Virus record (IMG/VR): IMGVR_UViG_3300034418_012737
Span: 1 to 64,000 of that record
Length of the DNA stretch: 64,000 nucleotides
Direction: 5' to 3' (one strand)
Origin: a virus
The position numbers and the translations under genes were made by a program. Below, one piece after another: positions 40,093 through 49,125 of this stretch (its first letter is position 1; every line of letters begins with the position of its first letter). Below the pieces are notes generated by a model. That model was not told the DNA's origin. It saw only the letters and a program-made list of their open reading frames with translations, and searched no databases.

Positions 40093-40120
40093 TCTGTCAC
40101 ATACCACACATAACCCTTAT

Positions 40121-40378
40121 TCACCCAACATCCTCACTCACCCTTGTGTCACCCTTTACCCTTGACATGTCACCCTTGAAATACTCATTTAAAAACTCCA
40201 CAGGATACAGATGAACGTTCCCATGATACGCAGGATTGGAGATAAACCGTTGTTGAAATTCAATTTTTTTCTCCACGGCGGATTTATTTACCTCCGCTCC
40301 CAATTGTTGTCCAGCTGCTCTACCGAGGTAATCATACAGCGACATGTAGATAGTATCTTGTTCCATTGTGATATTCAT
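40121..40378 (-). CDS. Hypothetical protein
   Basis: SLYDYLGRAAG...YPVEFL; coupled to its neighbour. Confidence 0.6.
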   Translation of the reverse strand: MNITMEQDTIYMSLYDYLGRAAGQQLGAEVNKSAVEKKIEFQQRFISNPAYHGNVHLYPVEFLNEYFKGDMSRVKGDTRVSEDVG

Positions 40379-40680
40379 TTACTATTAATTATTTTATCCC
40401 CCCACGCTTCATTCTTCCACGGATCATACCGATCTGGATTCATCACCTCATCCACCTTATCCATCATTTCATTCATCCGCTGTTGAAATTTACAGCTCCA
40501 TTTCAGTTCAATGAGGGTTTCCAGCTGTTGGTTACAGTTTTCAGTCATTTCCTCCAAGCGTTTGATATTAGTAGTGTTTTGCTCTCTAGTATCCTTAACA
40601 CGTTGAATTTGCTTCTCCAACTCAACGATCTGTTCCTCAAGACTCATCGCCTTGACTTCTTCAATATTAAATTTACTCAT
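40375..40680 (-). CDS. Hypothetical coiled-coil protein
   Basis: ORF track. Confidence 0.55.
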   Translation of the reverse strand: MSKFNIEEVKAMSLEEQIVELEKQIQRVKDTREQNTTNIKRLEEMTENCNQQLETLIELKWSCKFQQRMNEMMDKVDEVMNPDRYDPWKNEAWGDKIINSK

Positions 40681-40682
40681 TA

Positions 40683-40859
40683 TTAAAAGCTTTGAGCGTA
40701 TGACACAATATCACCCTCCCAATCCTCACCAACTTCAGTAAACAGTTGAATCATTTTCTGCCTATACTGTTCATCTCTTTCATTACTAGCACCAACGTGA
40801 ATGTTCTCCAAACAATCAATGAGATCTTGATAGGTGTTCTCAAACCTGCAATAGCACAT
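40683..40859 (-). CDS. Small hypothetical protein (xCRFENTxxDL type); start uncertain
   Basis: MCYCRFENTYQDLIDCL; upstream Met options exist. Confidence 0.5.
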   Translation of the reverse strand: MCYCRFENTYQDLIDCLENIHVGASNERDEQYRQKMIQLFTEVGEDWEGDIVSYAQSF

Positions 40860-41052
40860 ATTAGGCATCTTTAACAATATTTTCAAGTGTATCGTGTACT
40901 CCCTTCAGTGCACCAAGTGCCTGTCCAAACAAACTATGGAGCAGGAAGTCATCTTCTCTATTATCGTAAGCACTATCCAATTCGGCAACTACCTCCTCGA
41001 TGTACTTAATCTGGTTTTCAATTCTATTTCTATCCATTTTTCCTATATTTTC

Positions 41053-41619
41053 TTATTTACATTCAACAACCCAATTCACTCGGCGGTACAACCCCCAATA
41101 CTTTTCCTGAGTATTTCCATATAACACACCATCAACAACTGCAACTGCGTGCCTTTCTACAATCACAAAAAACCGTCCTTTAGGATGTGTTTCCATAAAT
41201 GACTTCAACGTGTAACCTACTTTTTTGTTCTTGTAACGTGGGTTAGTGATCGTTTTGAATCCTCTAGGTCCCATAATCCACTTCTTATCGGGATGACAAC
41301 CATAAGCACTCAGCTTATAACCATTTTTCACCTTACCCAACACATTCACAATATTAACAGCAGTGTAAGTACCGCGCTTAAATTTTCGATTCATATGCTT
41401 CTTCACCCACCCATGAGCAACATCATAACTAACATCTAGTACAGCCATAAACGCTCTAACTACGCAATCATTGTCCTCTCTTGTGGCCAAGTTGCTTTGA
41501 CTCACTGCAATCTTATGGGAGTCTTGGAACTTATTATCCAAAATCATCTCCCGCTCTGCCCACCTAGCTCTCAGGCCCTTACCAACCAACGTTTGGGTTT
41601 TGTGTGTGACTTTCTCCAT
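41053..41619 (-). CDS. Hypothetical protein with a papain-like C...H pattern
   Basis: NDCVVRA...HAVAVVDG. Confidence 0.55.
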   Translation of the reverse strand: MEKVTHKTQTLVGKGLRARWAEREMILDNKFQDSHKIAVSQSNLATREDNDCVVRAFMAVLDVSYDVAHGWVKKHMNRKFKRGTYTAVNIVNVLGKVKNGYKLSAYGCHPDKKWIMGPRGFKTITNPRYKNKKVGYTLKSFMETHPKGRFFVIVERHAVAVVDGVLYGNTQEKYWGLYRRVNWVVECK

Positions 41620-41630
41620 GATTCCTCTAA

Positions 41631-41888
41631 TTAAAGATTAACCGTTGCCATATACTCATTGAGCTTTTCCTTCAAAATGTCGGCAAACTCCAAAACATGC
41701 TCACTCTCACACCCAAAAGTATCTACTTCAAACTTCCGAGTCACTTGGAACATCGTAGTGCTGAAACCATTGTTCTTAGGATGAACATACCAATAACCGT
41801 GTCCCTCATCATGAGCAATAAATCCTTTGCTGTCAATAAACTCGTGGAACATCCGAGTCACTTCTTGTTTTTTCTGCGTTTTTGTCAT
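41631..41888 (-). CDS. Hypothetical early protein
   Basis: Directly downstream of box promoter D. Confidence 0.6.
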   Translation of the reverse strand: MTKTQKKQEVTRMFHEFIDSKGFIAHDEGHGYWYVHPKNNGFSTTMFQVTRKFEVDTFGCESEHVLEFADILKEKLNEYMATVNL

Positions 41889-41910
41889 GTCGCTGTAACT
41901 TTACTCCGTG

Positions 41911-41963
41911 AATATACGAAAGGATTCTGGGTTCCACAAATTTTCAGATGACTTTAAGATGAC
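41911..41963 (-). promoter_or_regulatory. Box promoter D
   Basis: aatatacgaa at 41911; atgac at 41948 and 41959. Confidence 0.85.
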
Positions 41964-41969
41964 TTTAAA

Positions 41970-42212
41970 TTAAAACTCACCCGTAAAATCACTCGCTGAC
42001 AACACCCCATCACACAACAACCTGCCTGCAAATTGCTCAGGGGTCAAACACTCCCACGAGTTATACTCTTCAGCACTCATATGACCTTTATCCAAATCGT
42101 ACTTCCAATAATCAAGGTGGGCTGTCTTTTCTTCCTCCAGATGCTCTTGGCTCACTCCAGAAAGTTGTACTTTAGCTGTCACTTCGTACTCGGCGATTTG
42201 CTCTTTACTCAT
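41970..42212 (-). CDS. Hypothetical early protein; likely start MSKEQ at 42212
   Basis: Downstream of promoter E. The ORF-track extension (QQQQ...) looks like 5' leader sequence. Confidence 0.55.
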   Translation of the reverse strand: MSKEQIAEYEVTAKVQLSGVSQEHLEEEKTAHLDYWKYDLDKGHMSAEEYNSWECLTPEQFAGRLLCDGVLSASDFTGEF

Positions 42213-42266
42213 AATATTGGGGTTTTTGTTTTTTTGTTCTTGCTGCTGCTGCAACCTTACTCCATG

Positions 42267-42319
42267 AATATACGAAAGGTTCTCCGCAATCCCAAAATTT
42301 AAGATGACGTCAACATGAC
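42267..42319 (-). promoter_or_regulatory. Box promoter E
   Basis: aatatacgaa at 42267; atgac at 42304 and 42315. Confidence 0.85.
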
Positions 42320-42763
42320 TAAAGATTTTTGTTTACTTAGTTTTCTGGCTTGCTTTAGTGTTTTATAAAAAGGGTGCTTAGTATTATTCTTTAAATTTAA
42401 AGGGAGGTTATGGGATTTTATCAATTGGAGTTCTTTTTCTTTATAGTTTGAGTATAATTCATATTCCACCCTCATTTCTTCCCTTATAAATTTATCAACT
42501 ATTGTTTTAGCAGTAACCATTTCTCCTACTAACAAAGCAGATAAAGTTTGTCTTAAAGTAGATACAAATCCCGATTTAATAGAAGAAGGAGCATGTTTAT
42601 CATTATAGTGCCAATCTAATCTTTCGTTTAAATTCTTAGCTAACCCTATATAAACAAGGTATTTGTGATCTTTCTCTAAACACTCACTTATATCAACCCC
42701 CATTTGTTTTGCCCCCCTTTCAGTTATGTACCAATAATATACCCCACTTTGTTTAGGAAACAT
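42299..42763 (-). CDS. GIY-YIG nuclease
   Basis: GVYYW...VYIGLAKNLNERL..H, E.QLI...LPLN. Confidence 0.8.
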   Translation of the reverse strand: MFPKQSGVYYWYITERGAKQMGVDISECLEKDHKYLVYIGLAKNLNERLDWHYNDKHAPSSIKSGFVSTLRQTLSALLVGEMVTAKTIVDKFIREEMRVEYELYSNYKEKELQLIKSHNLPLNLKNNTKHPFYKTLKQARKLSKQKSLVMLTSS

Positions 42764-43067
42764 AAATTCTATACTTTAAATTAAATGTTGCAAGTAGAAA
42801 ACCTGCCACCATTAGAATAGGTAAAGCTCCATCAATGGGTATTGATGAATCATAACAGGGATCACTAGGGTTAAAACACCAATTGGGTGGATTATTAGTT
42901 TGACAAGCAGCACACCCTAAATTAGGATCCATAGCTTGTACTGAGTACCCTTCCCTATCAATATAGTACTCATCTAATTGGGTGTTGAAGGCATTTCCAT
43001 CAACACCTTTATACATTATTGAGTTTTCCTGTAGGAACTTATCGAGGGGACCTTGTTGGTTATCCAT
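42753..43067 (-). CDS. Small protein with a PID-CTERM-like sorting tail; likely start at 43067
   Basis: C-terminal IPIDGALPILMVAGFLLA followed by basic residues. Confidence 0.6.
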   Translation of the reverse strand: MDNQQGPLDKFLQENSIMYKGVDGNAFNTQLDEYYIDREGYSVQAMDPNLGCAACQTNNPPNWCFNPSDPCYDSSIPIDGALPILMVAGFLLATFNLKYRIYVS

Positions 43068-43068
43068 A

Positions 43069-43179
43069 TTAAAACAATTTACGCAAGTAATCAACTAAAC
43101 AATACAGGGCAAATCCACATGCTGCAGCCACACCCACAAAATAAAGGATGTTTACAATAAAATAAATATTCTCGTGCAT
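43069..43179 (-). CDS. Small membrane peptide (36 aa, not in ORF track)
   Basis: MHENIYFIVNILYFVGVAAACGFALYCLVDYLRKLF* exactly fills the gap between neighbours. Confidence 0.5.
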   Translation of the reverse strand: MHENIYFIVNILYFVGVAAACGFALYCLVDYLRKLF

Positions 43180-43180
43180 A

Positions 43181-43597
43181 TTACTTGTTTTTAAGTGCTT
43201 CTCGTTCTAATACTTCACTGAGCTCTTCCCAGTCGTTTTCAAAATCCATCATTGGGTGATTAGCTAAACACTCAAGTGTAGCACCCCCACTATGAGCGCA
43301 TACTCTATACAACCAATCTTCACCCAACTCACCAAAATTTGATGGTGTTTCTAAGTAAACCATACCTGGAGCATCACCTTTAAGATGCACAATAAGTTGT
43401 GTTGCAAAGTCCTCAATACCATTAAACTGGGTACCCAACTTTGCTTCTGCTTTTAGTCCATTAACAAACTTACCACCTTCAAGGAACTCCTTAATGGTTA
43501 CTCCCAAACAATCTGGGTTACCATCATAGTGGTGGTAAATACATGCTACTGGTTCGTCCATCATATTAGTGATGGCTATGCTTGCTCGTGTTGCCAT
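43181..43597 (-). CDS. Conserved hypothetical phage protein (MxTR...YxHxDGxP family)
   Basis: MATRASI...IYHHYDGNP..LG...WLY. Confidence 0.65.
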   Translation of the reverse strand: MATRASIAITNMMDEPVACIYHHYDGNPDCLGVTIKEFLEGGKFVNGLKAEAKLGTQFNGIEDFATQLIVHLKGDAPGMVYLETPSNFGELGEDWLYRVCAHSGGATLECLANHPMMDFENDWEELSEVLEREALKNK

Positions 43598-43618
43598 AAT
43601 TATTAAAACTTATTTAGA

Positions 43619-43858
43619 TTACTGATTCTTAAACTTGCGGGCGGTATCCATCATCCGCTTGTACTCCTCATAACTCTCATCTCCATAAAGCAACTCGTGG
43701 GTCCTCCGATCATAGTACTCAGGGTCGAAAAACTTAACAATTGCTCTATCAAGGCCATAATAAGTAACCACAAGAAAAATACCCATAAAAAACGAGGCAA
43801 TTGTGCTTGCAATACAAACAATGGCAACCAATCCTGTAAATACATCAAAAATAGTCAT
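43619..43858 (-). CDS. Small membrane protein; likely start MTIFD at 43858
   Basis: TM helix. The ORF-track start (43915) lies inside promoter F. Confidence 0.55.
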   Translation of the reverse strand: MTIFDVFTGLVAIVCIASTIASFFMGIFLVVTYYGLDRAIVKFFDPEYYDRRTHELLYGDESYEEYKRMMDTARKFKNQ

Positions 43859-43884
43859 GTGTTTCCTTTTTGCTTTACAATGTG

Positions 43885-43937
43885 AATATACGAAAGAGGA
43901 TCCGAAGATCCTCATTTTCGTATGACTTTGAAATGAC
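43885..43937 (-). promoter_or_regulatory. Box promoter F, with a TTCG hairpin in its spacer
   Basis: aatatacgaa at 43885; atgac at 43922 and 43933. Confidence 0.85.
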
Positions 43938-44273
43938 TTACTTAATTTTTCTGTAATAATAACGCTTAAGATTCAAAATCTCTGCTTTAAGATTTTCATC
44001 TACTACTTGCACTTGTTGCTTATAACTTTTAAAATCATTAATTGATTTAATATAACGAGCATATCTGTAGACATAAACTTTATGAACGTCATCAATGAAG
44101 TCTTCTCGAACTTCATACATCATATCATTAAGTAGAGTAAACGACAAGTATGTCTTATGATTAGGATTCCAAACTATGAACGGCTTAGCTTCATCAAATT
44201 GCTCAACGTCGTAAGCGTAATAGCTAGCACTCATTCTGTACTCATCGAACTTTGAAACGTAATTAATACTCAT
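43938..44273 (-). CDS. Hypothetical early protein
   Basis: Cassette between promoters G and F. Confidence 0.6.
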   Translation of the reverse strand: MSINYVSKFDEYRMSASYYAYDVEQFDEAKPFIVWNPNHKTYLSFTLLNDMMYEVREDFIDDVHKVYVYRYARYIKSINDFKSYKQQVQVVDENLKAEILNLKRYYYRKIK

Positions 44274-44296
44274 GTTGCTTTTTTTTCTTCGCGTTA

Positions 44297-44350
44297 AATA
44301 TACGCTGTGAGATTAGCGATCTCACATTTTTCGTATGACTTTAATATGAC
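44297..44350 (-). promoter_or_regulatory. Box promoter G
   Basis: aatatacg at 44297; atgac at 44335 and 44346 (offset 38). Confidence 0.8.
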
Positions 44351-44548
44351 TTTAAAGCCAATTTACTTTATTTTTAGGTATCAATTTGTTACCTACTCTA
44401 GCGTAATTTTCTAGTTGACTTGTTTCTAAAGTTAATTGCTCACCTTCTGGTGTTTCTACTAACACGCCTGTACCTTCTTCTCCTAATAATTTTAACTCCC
44501 AGGTTGGATTTACGTACATGATAATTTGGTTTTACTGTAGTCATTCCT

Positions 44549-44899
44549 TTATTTCCATAGTATTTGAATTAATACAATTGCAATAGCTAAAATTAAAGTA
44601 ACACCGGTTTTAAGTGTTATACCTTGGTTTAAATGTAACCAGGTAAGAAAAGCAAATGCTATCATACCCATTGCGAATCCTATTAGTCGTTGGGGCCACA
44701 TTTCCCCGTCGAATGCCTCCACCAAATACTGTGTGGCATAAATATAGACAAAAGATATAGGAACGCCCATTAAAGACATAACTAAGGGACGTTCCTTAAT
44801 CCAATCACTAATAAATTGTCCGTTTATCTGGTACCAAACTAATGTTTGTCCTAATAGGAATAATAAAGTTCCTTGTATTAACCTAGAAATATTTTGCAT
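44549..44899 (-). CDS. Four-TM membrane protein (DMT/SMR-like size)
   Basis: Four hydrophobic segments in 116 aa. Confidence 0.6.
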   Translation of the reverse strand: MQNISRLIQGTLLFLLGQTLVWYQINGQFISDWIKERPLVMSLMGVPISFVYIYATQYLVEAFDGEMWPQRLIGFAMGMIAFAFLTWLHLNQGITLKTGVTLILAIAIVLIQILWK

Positions 44900-44971
44900 A
44901 GTATTGTTATCAATATTCCTATAAGTCCTAAACTTACAAATTTAGCACTATCTGTGTATCGCCTACCCATT

Positions 44972-45244
44972 TTAAATAAGTTTTAACTGTTTAGCTCTAC
45001 CATAACCCACCCATTTCTGATTTTCAGGGTTAAAGTATTTGCGTTGGGTTTTAGGTAATTTAGCGTTTTTTTCCTCGAAACTTTCTTGGATCACCGCCTC
45101 CTCTACATCAACCTTCCATGGCCCGTTAGCAAACTTATCTACATCATAGTACCAGGTAATCACGCTACCATCGGTATCTATAAACTCCCTAGTGTACTTA
45201 GTAAGTGGTTTAGGGTCTTCAATTGGAGGTCGTCCCCTATTCAT
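44972..45244 (-). CDS. Hypothetical protein
   Basis: ORF track. Confidence 0.55.
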   Translation of the reverse strand: MNRGRPPIEDPKPLTKYTREFIDTDGSVITWYYDVDKFANGPWKVDVEEAVIQESFEEKNAKLPKTQRKYFNPENQKWVGYGRAKQLKLI

Positions 45245-45456
45245 TCCCTACCTACAATAAAGAGTTCAAAAAATATAGCAACTGCTATAACTCCTGCAAT
45301 AATAATATATCCCATTATCCTTCGTAATTTTCAGCAAATTTTTTCCCAAGATCAGTTAGGCGATAAGTTAATTCACCATCCTCATTAATCCCAGCTATTT
45401 CAACAAATCCTTTTTCAATTAGTCCATATAGAGCATCACTTAGCTCATTAATATCT

Positions 45457-45663
45457 TCAAACATCGTAATTAGCGTTAGGGTATAAATAATTTAAAATTT
45501 CATTCATTTTTTTATTAACTAATACATTACCCCCATCAACAGTATCAATAACTGTTTTTTCGGGGTCAATTGGACATTCACGTATTGATACGATCTTGTC
45601 ACAATAAATAATTCCGGGCTTTTTATGAGGGCCCATCTCATCAAATTTGAGGTAAATTACCAT
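45457..45663 (-). CDS. Hypothetical protein
   Basis: ORF track. Confidence 0.5.
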   Translation of the reverse strand: MVIYLKFDEMGPHKKPGIIYCDKIVSIRECPIDPEKTVIDTVDGGNVLVNKKMNEILNYLYPNANYDV

Positions 45664-45866
45664 TAATCAACGATTTTAATGTACTCACTAATACCCTCAG
45701 TCAGCGGGTAAAGATTACCTTTGGTGGGGTGAACCACCATTTCGGTCTTATCAAACTGCTTAACCAGTCCACGCTTGTTAAACACAACGCTCAGAGCGTT
45801 AACAGGCACATAACAACGGCCGTAGGCCTTAAACGTTTCTCCCTTGCGGATCGTAACTTTCATCAT
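45663..45866 (-). CDS. Hypothetical early protein
   Basis: Starts immediately after promoter H. Confidence 0.55.
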   Translation of the reverse strand: MMKVTIRKGETFKAYGRCYVPVNALSVVFNKRGLVKQFDKTEMVVHPTKGNLYPLTEGISEYIKIVD

Positions 45867-45872
45867 GCCATG

Positions 45873-45925
45873 AATATACGAAGGGAGGGTGGCATTGCCA
45901 CTCTCTCACATGACGTCAAAATGAC
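45873..45925 (-). promoter_or_regulatory. Box promoter H
   Basis: aatatacgaa at 45873; atgac at 45910 and 45921. Confidence 0.85.
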
Positions 45926-45926
45926 T

Positions 45927-47195
45927 TTAACTAATATCCTCAGTTGTCCCTACTTGATAGTAGATTTTACCATTATATTCAAAAGAAGAAGCAGTAGTAA
46001 ATTCCTCAGCATAAAATAATTCAATATTATCCAAATCCTCAAATTTAGGAGTGGACCCATCCCACGCTCTTAAATCTAATTCCCTTGCTGCATTATCTAT
46101 TCTACCTATATATGCCCTAGTTAAACTACCTGCAAATTCTATCCCTAATACTTTCCACACTCCATTTATTTGTACTAAAACCCATGATCCCGAATCCCCA
46201 CCGGCAGAAGGTCTATCGCATTCAGGGTCTACTCTCTTTAAGGAGATTTGGTCTGTGAAAATACAATTTTGGTTTGTTGCAAAACTATCCCATCTTCTGT
46301 TCTGGCTTGTATAAGTCATCTCTATAGTAAGGCCTCCTGCTTCTACTGTTAATTCACAATACCCAGGGTATCTTGCCCCCAATCTACTTCCACACATTAA
46401 TATAGGGTACGAAGAAGGATTTTCTATAACTTCATCAATTTCATCTGATGTAGCAAAAGGTGGGGGAGATGTTATGCCATCATAACCATACTGTTTCCAA
46501 CTTTCATTTACATCTATTACACTTTGGGCTGAAGAGGTTATATAAAAAGTAGCTACATCTACATAATTGTATACCTCTATTCCACCAGTACCAGCAGTAT
46601 TTCCTTTTCTAAAAATAGGAACATAATTTCTAGTACCCCCTAATAAAGTTTTGGGATCAGCACTTCTAAGTGGGTTACTAGCCTCAATTTCTTCAAGTGT
46701 ATTATACCTATGGGACTCAATTAAATCACTTGACATTTCTCCAGTGGAGTATATTCTAAGAAGCCCTACGTGTGCATTTGTTACCCCTACTAAACACCCT
46801 GTATTTGCATCTACTGCAAAACCTCCTATAGTACCATAAGTTCCTTTACTACTTACAAATTGTGCTGCTACTCCTCCTTTCATAGGACTACTGTAATCCG
46901 TAGGGGGGAAATTGGCCCCAGTATCTGTACAAGTAGCGCAATCGGACGTTGCTTCAATTACTCCTACTTCTACTACATCAGTTTTAAATACCTTGCCTTT
47001 TAAGTTAATAGTAGAGGGTAATATTTGATCACTTGATAGTGAACTAAGAGGAAGCTTTTTAGTAACTGTAAATATTATAGCTTTTTCTCCTGTAGGTTGT
47101 CCTTCTACTACTTTTTCCCCATATCCTACTCCCACTCCATCTGGGGTATTTTTAAATATATTAGGTAAATGGTGCTTTATATCTTTAAATTTCAT
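45927..47195 (-). CDS. Trypsin-like serine protease with a Nal1-like N-terminal domain
   Basis: GVGVGY.EK..G..TGE.AI.F.V.KKLP...TDVVEVG pro-domain; triad motifs TNAHV, DVA, GGDSGS. Confidence 0.82.
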   Translation of the reverse strand: MKFKDIKHHLPNIFKNTPDGVGVGYGEKVVEGQPTGEKAIIFTVTKKLPLSSLSSDQILPSTINLKGKVFKTDVVEVGVIEATSDCATCTDTGANFPPTDYSSPMKGGVAAQFVSSKGTYGTIGGFAVDANTGCLVGVTNAHVGLLRIYSTGEMSSDLIESHRYNTLEEIEASNPLRSADPKTLLGGTRNYVPIFRKGNTAGTGGIEVYNYVDVATFYITSSAQSVIDVNESWKQYGYDGITSPPPFATSDEIDEVIENPSSYPILMCGSRLGARYPGYCELTVEAGGLTIEMTYTSQNRRWDSFATNQNCIFTDQISLKRVDPECDRPSAGGDSGSWVLVQINGVWKVLGIEFAGSLTRAYIGRIDNAARELDLRAWDGSTPKFEDLDNIELFYAEEFTTASSFEYNGKIYYQVGTTEDIS

Positions 47196-47503
47196 GTTGA
47201 TGCAGGGAAATGGGCAAATAATGTTTTGGATCCTGAGAAATTAGTAAAAGATCCCTCAGGGGGAGAAGAGAGACGAGCATTATAATATATAGTAGGGTTA
47301 TAAGGATCAGTAGATGGTGAAGGACCCCCAGAAGCCGCTGAGGAGGCTACAGCAAAGTTATTTAAAGTAGTAGTAATAAATGTTTCGTAGTTTAACTTCT
47401 CAGTAAGATATTTTTTCTTTACTTCAGATATAGGCAAATTTTTATTATCATGCCTTTTTAAAAAACTTGCCCAATCTCCAGGGGATTCACATGGTATTAT
47501 CAT
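47192..47503 (-). CDS. Small protein, paralog of 30252..30569
   Basis: SPGDWASFLKRHDNKNLPISEVKKKYLTEKLNYE; GTATTTAT-N4-ATG. Confidence 0.6.
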   Translation of the reverse strand: MIIPCESPGDWASFLKRHDNKNLPISEVKKKYLTEKLNYETFITTTLNNFAVASSAASGGPSPSTDPYNPTIYYNARLSSPPEGSFTNFSGSKTLFAHFPAST

Positions 47504-47520
47504 GTAAATAAATACAATAA

Positions 47521-47555
47521 AAAAGGTAGAGACCCAAAAAAAGCCTCTACCTTTT
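47521..47555 (-). terminator. Intrinsic terminator
   Basis: aaaaggtagag...ctctacctttt inverted repeat. Confidence 0.65.
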
Positions 47556-47579
47556 GTAAAGTGATGGGAACCCCCTCGT

Positions 47580-49103
47580 TTATTTATTTCTTACTTCTTT
47601 ATCCATAAAGTCCTGTCTTAGGTCTTCTAAAGAGGAAAGTAGCTCATCTGACATTTCATCAGCGTGCATATCAATTATTTTGTCTAAAACTGTAGTATTA
47701 ATTACTTCGTCTAGTACTTTATCGTTTTCCTCTAACTCAATCATTTCTCTCATTTTAATACCTTCTTTTTCGAAGTATTTTGCAATAGCGTCCTTATACT
47801 GCCCACGTAAATTTCTAGGTATTTTAAAATCAAAGTCTGCACCAAAATCCCCCATGCTTTTCCCGTTACGACCTTGTACACTAAATGATGGTTCAAATTG
47901 TTTAAATGGAGAACCTGTAGTAAGCACTCCAAGAACACGGAAAAACTCTTTAAAATCTTTACCCATATCCTTGGCATCGTTTGCCTCTTTCTGGGAAACA
48001 TAAAGGGTAATGGAATGAAGAGGACCATCCTCAGGGGCTTCCTTCATTGGGTAAAAAGTTGTGGTTACTGCTCCGACTAGATCCTTAGGTACGTCGAACC
48101 CTTCACTTTTTCCTGATTTTTTGGCTGTTTTTACCGCTTTATTTAATGCTTTATATATAGGACTTTTCTTGAAAGTTTCAAGACCGGGGGCGTAATTAGG
48201 ATCACTTCCGAAGTTCATTTCACGCCAATCAACGGGTGAACCAAACCCAAATATCTCATTAGTGGGTTCTTTATCGTTTTCCTTTAGCATATCTTCATAC
48301 CCCATTATTTGCATAGCTGGTACAAAAGCATCATCAAATGCTACTTTATCATCCTCTTCCATAGCGTCTGTCATTTGTATGAAAAGAGGCTTAAGTTGCT
48401 CCTTCTTACCAGGAAATCTATATAATCTAGGGGCAATAAATTGGAATCTTGACTCGAGATCATTCCCGAAATCTTGGGGGTCCCCACCAAAATCCTCTTC
48501 ACCACCATCATCCCTAAACTCTCTCATCATATCTCTACCTACTACTTCAGGATCATCAGATACATTTTGGAACATACTTCTTCTTTCTGATCTGTCTCTA
48601 TCATTTAAATAGGCTTCAATTTCACCTGCTAATTGGGGGTGTGATTTAGCAAATACATCTTTATAAGCATCTACTACTCTTGATTGAGCGTATGGAATAT
48701 CATCTGTATCCCTAGTGGCTTCTTCAAAGTCCTCTTTAAACGAATCCATAATAGCTCTAAGGTCCCAACCTGGTTTATCGAATTTGTCTTCCTCTAAGCT
48801 ATCAAAGTAATCAGCAGCAGCATCTAAATCTTCAGGGGAAATTTCTTCAGCTTCGGGGTTGATAAGGGATTTTTCCTCCATTATTTTTCCTCCTTTCCTA
48901 ATAATAGCGCGGGCATTAGATAAATCAACTCCATCAATATCATCGCTTCCCTCTTCTCTAAATTTTCTATGTAGATAATGGGTTTCTTGTCCTGTCTTAC
49001 CTAAAATATTAACAGCGGCATTAATAATTTCCCTATCTGTTTCTTTGTTACCTGAGGCTTCTTCAATTATGTATTGCCTCCATTTATTCCAGCTAAAGCT
49101 CAT
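47580..49103 (-). CDS. Acidic probable internal head protein; likely start MSFSWNKWRQYIIEE at 49103
   Basis: Leader-like N-terminus; ENDKVLDEVI is shared with 36294..36548; late motif at 49116. Confidence 0.55.
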   Translation of the reverse strand: MSFSWNKWRQYIIEEASGNKETDREIINAAVNILGKTGQETHYLHRKFREEGSDDIDGVDLSNARAIIRKGGKIMEEKSLINPEAEEISPEDLDAAADYFDSLEEDKFDKPGWDLRAIMDSFKEDFEEATRDTDDIPYAQSRVVDAYKDVFAKSHPQLAGEIEAYLNDRDRSERRSMFQNVSDDPEVVGRDMMREFRDDGGEEDFGGDPQDFGNDLESRFQFIAPRLYRFPGKKEQLKPLFIQMTDAMEEDDKVAFDDAFVPAMQIMGYEDMLKENDKEPTNEIFGFGSPVDWREMNFGSDPNYAPGLETFKKSPIYKALNKAVKTAKKSGKSEGFDVPKDLVGAVTTTFYPMKEAPEDGPLHSITLYVSQKEANDAKDMGKDFKEFFRVLGVLTTGSPFKQFEPSFSVQGRNGKSMGDFGADFDFKIPRNLRGQYKDAIAKYFEKEGIKMREMIELEENDKVLDEVINTTVLDKIIDMHADEMSDELLSSLEDLRQDFMDKEVRNK

Positions 49104-49125
49104 GTTATTTTTATTATAAATATTA

